Shown here: piece by piece, positions 59,765 to 64,000 of the stretch | Position numbering within the stretch: the first letter of the stretch is position 1 | How the letters are laid out: every line of letters begins with the position of its first letter | Source of the DNA: Candidatus Staskawiczbacteria bacterium | GTDB taxonomy: Bacteria; Patescibacteriota; Minisyncoccia; Minisyncoccales; Staskawiczbacteraceae | Assembly: GCA_041661545.1 (NCBI GenBank) | Contig: JBAZUH010000001.1 | Location: 544,148-608,147 of the forward strand | Reading direction: 5' to 3' | DNA length: 64,000 bases | Program-made: the position numbers and the translations under genes | The notes under the pieces: model-generated | The model's database searches: none | Told to the model about the DNA's origin: nothing | What the model saw: the letters and a program-made list of their open reading frames with translations, nothing else

Positions 59765-59936
59765 GTTATGAGGGGGTGCGAGATTCATCTCAAGGACATA
59801 ATATTTTGTAACGAAAGAGGAACAAGTATATACCTAAATTCATTGTCCGAATTAGGCTCGAGAAAAATCCAATATCGTTGCAAATTATTTACCCCCTCCA
59901 CAAAGTCCGCTCCGACGCACGTCGGAGCGGTTTTTG
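59765..59936 (+). ncRNA. Candidate small RNA of about 170 nt, family unknown
   Basis: Bounded by the promoter above and an intrinsic terminator (CCGCTCCGAC-GCAC-GTCGGAGCGG plus TTTTT, 59907-59935). Long-range pairing GAGGGGGT/ACCCCCTC and hairpin CCTAA(A)TT/AATTAGG. Confidence 0.4.
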
Positions 59937-59949
59937 ATTGTTATTTGGC

Positions 59950-59978
59950 TTGACATAATTTGAATTCTATTTTAAGCT
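59950..59978 (+). promoter_or_regulatory. Promoter of the GC-rich membrane protein gene
   Basis: TTGACA, 17 nt, TAAGCT. Confidence 0.5.
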
Positions 59979-60018
59979 GTACGTAGTCCTTTGAATCATG
60001 AACTAAGAAGAGAACAAC

Positions 60019-60651
60019 ATGAAAAAGATAAACAGCATTGCATTAGCCGTTGCATCGGCTTTGATTTTATGTGCCCAAGGCCAAGTCGAGGAGAAGGTAG
60101 AAATAGATCAAAAAGGCAATGTGAGAGTCGTCCCGATAGAACCGGTTTGGCGAGATCTGACTCCAGCCGAGCAGATAGCTCGCAGTCAACCGGGCATGCC
60201 TGTGCCCATTAATCTCGCGACCAGATGGGAGAGGAATTGGAAAGAGGACTTCTTCCATGCAATCGAGGTTGAACTCAGTTCCGAAGTGCTGATCTTTAGC
60301 GAGGACCAGATTAAGCCTATTAGCTCTGAAACACGAAAGGTCCAGAGAAAGAGTTTTTTGTGGAATATTCCACTGACGTTTTTGGCAATCAGTCTGCTGG
60401 CAACTAGCAATGCTTTACGTTGGAAGGGCATGCGCGTCTCCGCCGCTTTCTCCGTTCTCTTCGCTGCCATTAGCACCTTTATCAGTGCTTTCTTCGCTCT
60501 TAGCTCCCTTGCTATCGTAGTTGGCCTTTTGGGCGTTATTGTTGTTGTTCTGGTCACTATCTCTGCTTTCGTCGACGATGATGTGAAAAGTTATAGGATG
60601 TTGAGTATTTTTTCCTATATTCTGCTGTTGGCAAGGCTCTTTGTTCTCTGA
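60019..60651 (+). CDS. Secreted/membrane protein, elevated G+C
   Basis: 210 aa. Signal peptide (..ASALILCAQG), soluble domain of about 90 aa, then 3-4 TM helices. Confidence 0.5.
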   Translation: MKKINSIALAVASALILCAQGQVEEKVEIDQKGNVRVVPIEPVWRDLTPAEQIARSQPGMPVPINLATRWERNWKEDFFHAIEVELSSEVLIFSEDQIKPISSETRKVQRKSFLWNIPLTFLAISLLATSNALRWKGMRVSAAFSVLFAAISTFISAFFALSSLAIVVGLLGVIVVVLVTISAFVDDDVKSYRMLSIFSYILLLARLFVL

Positions 60652-60663
60652 CATTTCTAGTTT

Positions 60664-60697
60664 GCCCCAAGGAATTTTCTTTGCGGGCTCTTTTTTT
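60664..60697 (+). terminator. Terminator of 60019-60651
   Basis: GCCCCAAGGAA ... TTCTTTGCGGGC imperfect stem followed by TCTTTTTTT. Confidence 0.55.
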
Positions 60698-60720
60698 GCA
60701 AAAATATTTTTTTGATTGCT

Positions 60721-60749
60721 TTGAGAGCGTTTTTTTGATAGAGTAAAAT
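60721..60749 (+). promoter_or_regulatory. Candidate promoter for 60780-63330
   Basis: TTGAGA, 17 nt, TAAAAT. Confidence 0.45.
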
Positions 60750-60779
60750 ATAGTAATTATTATTAATTTTTTAAAAATT

Positions 60780-61115
60780 ATGCCTGCAAAAAAGAAAATA
60801 ATAAAAAAAGTTTCTCGAAAAATTAAGTCAAAAATAAAGATTAAAATTAATGTTAAAAGCAAAGCCGAAGGAAAACCTGTTGGTAAAATAACTCATTATT
60901 TTTCTAATATAGATGTAGCGGTTATTAATTTGGTTAGCCCCTTAAAAGTAGGAGAAAAAATAAGAATAATAGGGGGTCAAGAAACTGATTTTGAGCAAAA
61001 AGTAGGGTCTATGCAAGTTGAGCATAAAGATGTAAAAGTTGGCAAAAAAGGAGAGTCTGTTGGAATAAAGATTGAAGAAAAAGTTCATGAAGGTTACAAA
61101 GTTTACAAAGTTTAA
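60780..61115 (+). CDS. Small protein with Lys-rich N-terminus and an EF-Tu domain-2-like beta-barrel
   Basis: 111 aa. GKITHYFSNIDVAVINLVSPLKVGEKIRIIG...VGKKGESVGIKI resembles translation-factor domain II. Confidence 0.45.
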   Translation: MPAKKKIIKKVSRKIKSKIKIKINVKSKAEGKPVGKITHYFSNIDVAVINLVSPLKVGEKIRIIGGQETDFEQKVGSMQVEHKDVKVGKKGESVGIKIEEKVHEGYKVYKV

Positions 61116-61126
61116 AATTTAAAATA

Positions 61127-62098
61127 ATGATAGAAAATATAAAAGAAGAAATTGAAGATAAAATTATAGATTATATTAATTCTAGCGTAACTGGTAGATT
61201 GATAGTTTTTAAGCCCGATAAAAAGGGGATGGATGACTATTTAGTTGTAGAAAGAAGAGGAAAATATAAAGAAGATAAAATATATCTTGAAATTAATAGT
61301 TTAGTTTTGCCAGCCCAAAATAAAAATTTTATAAAAGATTTTTCGCAAGAAAAGTTTAAAGCAGACAAAAACTTTTATTTAATTTTTGCTTACTTTGACG
61401 AAGTTACACAAAAAATAAATGATTATATATGGATTATTCCATCATTAAAGTTTCAAGATATAGCGGAGGTTGTAAAACATTCCAACAACAAGAAGTCTCT
61501 AAGGTTTGAGTCTTCTTCTAATTTTAAAGATAAAAATAAATATTCTGAATTCTTAATAAACATAAAAGATTTAGGAGATATATTATTAGGGGCTTTAAAA
61601 GACAAAAAGCAAGCTAAATTTCAGGCAGTTGATTTTGATGGTAAAAGTTTGATAAATTTAGAAAATTTAAAAGAATTTTTATGTAATGCTCGTCAAAATA
61701 CTTATGCAGCAAACTCATCGGGAATAGATAATCCAAGGCTTTTAGAATCTAAACAGCTAGAATTTCAAAAGGGGGAATATTTTTATAGGGATGTTTATTT
61801 TACTGGTAAAACAAAATTTATAGGCCAAGAAATTATTTATCAAGATTTAAAGCCTATTTGGGGTATGAATTATATAGGAAAAGCTATTGGCAAATTAGAA
61901 ACAAATTTTTTAAAAGAATCTTTAATGGAGTTATCTGATAAATGTCGTCTTGGACAAGAATGTGAATATAATAAAAGAGAATATAAATATAAAGACAAGG
62001 GGGTTGGAGATGTTAGTGAATTTTCTGGTAAAGAGGAAATTCTCTTAAATGAAAAAAGTATTTATAAATTAGATTATCAGGGCGGTTTAATCTCATGA
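61127..62098 (+). CDS. Two-domain protein: unassigned N-terminal domain plus DUF5680-like C-terminal domain
   Basis: 323 aa. The C-terminal part (FLCNARQNTYAA.., PIWGMNYIG, FLKESL, FSGKEEI, YQGGLI) matches my recollection of DUF5680. ATGA overlap with the next gene. Confidence 0.45.
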   Translation: MIENIKEEIEDKIIDYINSSVTGRLIVFKPDKKGMDDYLVVERRGKYKEDKIYLEINSLVLPAQNKNFIKDFSQEKFKADKNFYLIFAYFDEVTQKINDYIWIIPSLKFQDIAEVVKHSNNKKSLRFESSSNFKDKNKYSEFLINIKDLGDILLGALKDKKQAKFQAVDFDGKSLINLENLKEFLCNARQNTYAANSSGIDNPRLLESKQLEFQKGEYFYRDVYFTGKTKFIGQEIIYQDLKPIWGMNYIGKAIGKLETNFLKESLMELSDKCRLGQECEYNKREYKYKDKGVGDVSEFSGKEEILLNEKSIYKLDYQGGLIS

Positions 62099-63330
62099 AG
62101 TTTATAGCAGATTTTCATATACACTCAAAATATTCTAGGGCAGTGTCTCCTTTAATGAATTTAGAAAATTTAGCTAAGTGGGCAGAAATAAAAGGAGTAA
62201 AAGTTTTAGGCACAGGTGATTTTACTCACCCTAAATGGCTTGGCGAAATAAAAAAACAACTAAGCCCCGCAGAGCGGGGTCTTTTTTCCCGCCACAGCGG
62301 GATCCCGCCAAAGACGGGAAAGCTTGGCAGTAAAACTCGTTTTATTCTTACAACTGAGATAAGTTGTATATATAAAAAACTAGGAAAAGTTAGAAAAATT
62401 CATATTATTGTTTTTGCTCCATCAATAGCCACGGTAGAAAAAATAAACTTAGCATTATCTAAAATTGGCAATTTACATTCAGACGGTAGGCCAATTTTGG
62501 GGCTAGATGCAAAAGAGTTAGTAAAGATTGTTTTAAATATAGATAAAAATTGTTTAATAGTGCCAGCTCATGCCTGGACACCATGGTTTTCTATTTTTGG
62601 CTCAAAGTCAGGATTTAATTCTTTAGAGGAGTGTTTTGAAGAATATACAAAATATATTTATGCAATTGAAACTGGGTTGTGTTCAAATCCTGCTATGAAT
62701 TGGAGAATATCTAAACTAGATAAAATTACTTTAATTTCTAACAGTGATGCACACTCTCTTGCTAAAATTGGACGGGAAGCAAATGTTTTTGATACGGAGC
62801 TGAGTTATAAGGGGATTGTTGAGGCCATTAAGTTTCCAGAAAAAAAGTTTTTATATACTATAGAATTTTTTCCTGAAGAAGGTAAATATCATTATGATGG
62901 TCATCGTAATTGTGGTATAAGTTTAGCTCCTCAACAATCTAAAAAGAATAATAATATATGTCCTAAATGCAACAAACCCTTGATAATAGGGGTTTTAAAT
63001 AGGGTAGAAGAATTGGCTGATAGGCCAGAAGGATTTTTGCCTAAAAAAGGAATTCCATTTAAAAGTTTAATTCCTTTAAATGAAATAATAGCTGAATCAA
63101 TTGGCGTTTCAACAGCATCAAAAAAAGTTATAAAATATTATGATAATTTAATAAAAAATTTAGGACCAGAGTTAGAAATATTATTAGAATCAACAGAAAA
63201 AGATATAAAAGAAAAATCTTTACCAGAAATTGCCAAAGGGGTTATAAAAATGCGCAAGGGGCGCGTTTTTATTGAGCCAGGATATGACGGTGTTTATGGA
63301 AAAATTAATATTTTATTTAATAATGGTTGA
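62095..63330 (+). CDS. PHP-domain endonuclease Q-like protein
   Basis: 411 aa with FIADFHIHSKYSRA, PAHAWTPWF, SNSDAHS and Zn-ribbon CPKCNKP. Confidence 0.72.
   Translation: MKFIADFHIHSKYSRAVSPLMNLENLAKWAEIKGVKVLGTGDFTHPKWLGEIKKQLSPAERGLFSRHSGIPPKTGKLGSKTRFILTTEISCIYKKLGKVRKIHIIVFAPSIATVEKINLALSKIGNLHSDGRPILGLDAKELVKIVLNIDKNCLIVPAHAWTPWFSIFGSKSGFNSLEECFEEYTKYIYAIETGLCSNPAMNWRISKLDKITLISNSDAHSLAKIGREANVFDTELSYKGIVEAIKFPEKKFLYTIEFFPEEGKYHYDGHRNCGISLAPQQSKKNNNICPKCNKPLIIGVLNRVEELADRPEGFLPKKGIPFKSLIPLNEIIAESIGVSTASKKVIKYYDNLIKNLGPELEILLESTEKDIKEKSLPEIAKGVIKMRKGRVFIEPGYDGVYGKINILFNNG
62287..62319. repeat. GGATCC-core double-hairpin element (copy 3), in frame in the EndoQ-like gene
   Basis: TCCCGCCACAGCGGGATCCCGCCAAAGACGGGA, encoding SRHSGIPPKTG. 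The first 24 nt are identical to copy 2. Confidence 0.85.
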
Positions 63331-63392
63331 CATTTATAACGTGCTGGAATAATATAATACAATAAAAAGGTTAAATAAAAAGGTTAAATGCG

Positions 63393-63869
63393 ATGGAAGA
63401 TAAAATTTTTTATATAACTAGAGAAAAGTTGCAAGAGTTAAAAAAAGAACATGAACAGCTGGTGGAGTTTGAGCATAAAAAAGCTTTAAGTGAAGAAATG
63501 CCCAAAATTTTTGAATCGGAAGATTTGAATCCCGAATTTGTAAGTTTTCAAGAAGACATAGGTTTTTTAAGGTCTAGGATTGATGAACTAAGGCATATTT
63601 TAGATAATCATAAATTAATAAAAAATCCGGGGAAAAATTTTAAAGATACAGTTGGATTGGGGTCTAAAGTTAAAATAGACGTAAATGGTCAAAAAGATGA
63701 ATTTACAATTGTGGGCACTCTTGAAGCAAATCCAGCTTTAGGAAAAATTAGTAATGAATCTCCAGTTGGTAAGGCTTTATTAGGTCATAAAATTGGAGAC
63801 GAAATTGTTGTTTCTTCACCAGTAAAGACAACATATAAAATTAGAAACGTAAAATACGAATTAAGTTGA
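63393..63869 (+). CDS. greA: Transcription elongation factor GreA
   Basis: 158 aa with an N-terminal coiled coil and C-terminal VGLGSKV...ISNESPVGKALLGHKIGDE. Confidence 0.9.
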   Translation: MEDKIFYITREKLQELKKEHEQLVEFEHKKALSEEMPKIFESEDLNPEFVSFQEDIGFLRSRIDELRHILDNHKLIKNPGKNFKDTVGLGSKVKIDVNGQKDEFTIVGTLEANPALGKISNESPVGKALLGHKIGDEIVVSSPVKTTYKIRNVKYELS

Positions 63870-63885
63870 TTTGTTTATTCTTAAA

Positions 63886-63912
63886 AGAGCGGGCATACAA
63901 TGCCCGTTTTTG
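63886..63912 (+). terminator. Terminator of greA
   Basis: CGGGCA-TACAA-TGCCCG followed by TTTTT. Confidence 0.75.
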
Positions 63913-63951
63913 TTTAATTAAAAAATACGATATGTGGTAAAATATATAAAT

Positions 63952-64000
63952 ATGAGAAATCAAGAATTATCTAAAATATTTTTTACAATCGCAGATTATT
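63952..64000 (+). CDS. First 16 codons of a possible PolX-family protein (truncated by the window end)
   Basis: Own translation gives MRNQELSKIFFTIADY, which resembles PolX N-termini (M.N.EIA..F..IAD). Very short. Confidence 0.35.
   Translation, partial: MRNQELSKIFFTIADY

Noticed and set aside
59895-59935. CAAAGTCCGCTCC as the RNase P RNA CR-I motif (GAGGAAAGUCCGGGCUCC).
   Set aside because: The match is partial, and the sequence forms a simple terminator hairpin. The transcript is about half the size of RNase P RNA and lacks the other conserved regions.
59768-59953. 61-aa ORF (MRGCEIHLKD...).
   Set aside because: It reads through a strong intrinsic terminator and coincides with extensive RNA-type pairing. 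It has no Shine-Dalgarno sequence or motif. It is treated as part of a candidate sRNA, although a small protein is not formally excluded.
1-64000. Alternative genetic code (UGA recoding, as in some CPR lineages).
   Set aside because: TGA terminates well-conserved genes at the expected length (mutM at 52165-52167, the 61127 gene at 62096-62098). Long ORFs are intact under the standard code.

Overview
AT-rich, tightly packed bacterial chromosome segment. A pnp line counts 23/60 G+C by hand, and many lines are lower. The standard code applies: TGA terminates mutM, the 61127 gene and others. Shine-Dalgarno motifs are mostly absent. The gene content suggests a Patescibacteria/CPR-like organism (inference): DUF5671-type membrane proteins, pilin-module proteins, many small orphan proteins and almost no metabolism.

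Core content:
- Replication origin region: rpmH-rnpA-yidC-jag on the minus strand, diverging from dnaA-dnaN on the plus strand, with a perfect DnaA box.
- Recombination, repair and competence genes: comM (partial), dprA, ruvA, ruvB, ruvC, uvrB, mutM, a 5'-3' exonuclease, an EndoQ-like PHP protein, holA, a ComEA-like protein and a PilB/GspE-type ATPase.
- Translation and RNA genes: rpsO, rpsT, pnp, rsmA, cca, tsaE, greA and five tRNAs.
- Envelope genes: PBP1A, a MurE-like ligase and a LysM-M23 peptidase.

Accessory and unusual content:
1. A VirB2/3/4/6-only T4SS-like locus. Its pilin modules are fused to large ectodomains, one of them a 1321-aa protein with about 98 Cys. The VirB4 appears split, and a free pilin gene is sandwiched between two tRNAs.
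2. Four single-gene islands of clearly higher G+C, each with its own sigma70-like promoter.
3. Several families of short hairpin or double-hairpin elements inserted in frame into conserved housekeeping genes.
4. A dense array of the 10-bp palindrome CGCTTAAGCG, both upstream of and inside an HTH-like gene.
5. Two candidate structured RNAs or MITE-like elements.
6. CGAAT-rich phased repeats upstream of both secretion-ATPase loci.

All calls come from reading the sequence and ORF track by eye. No searches were run.
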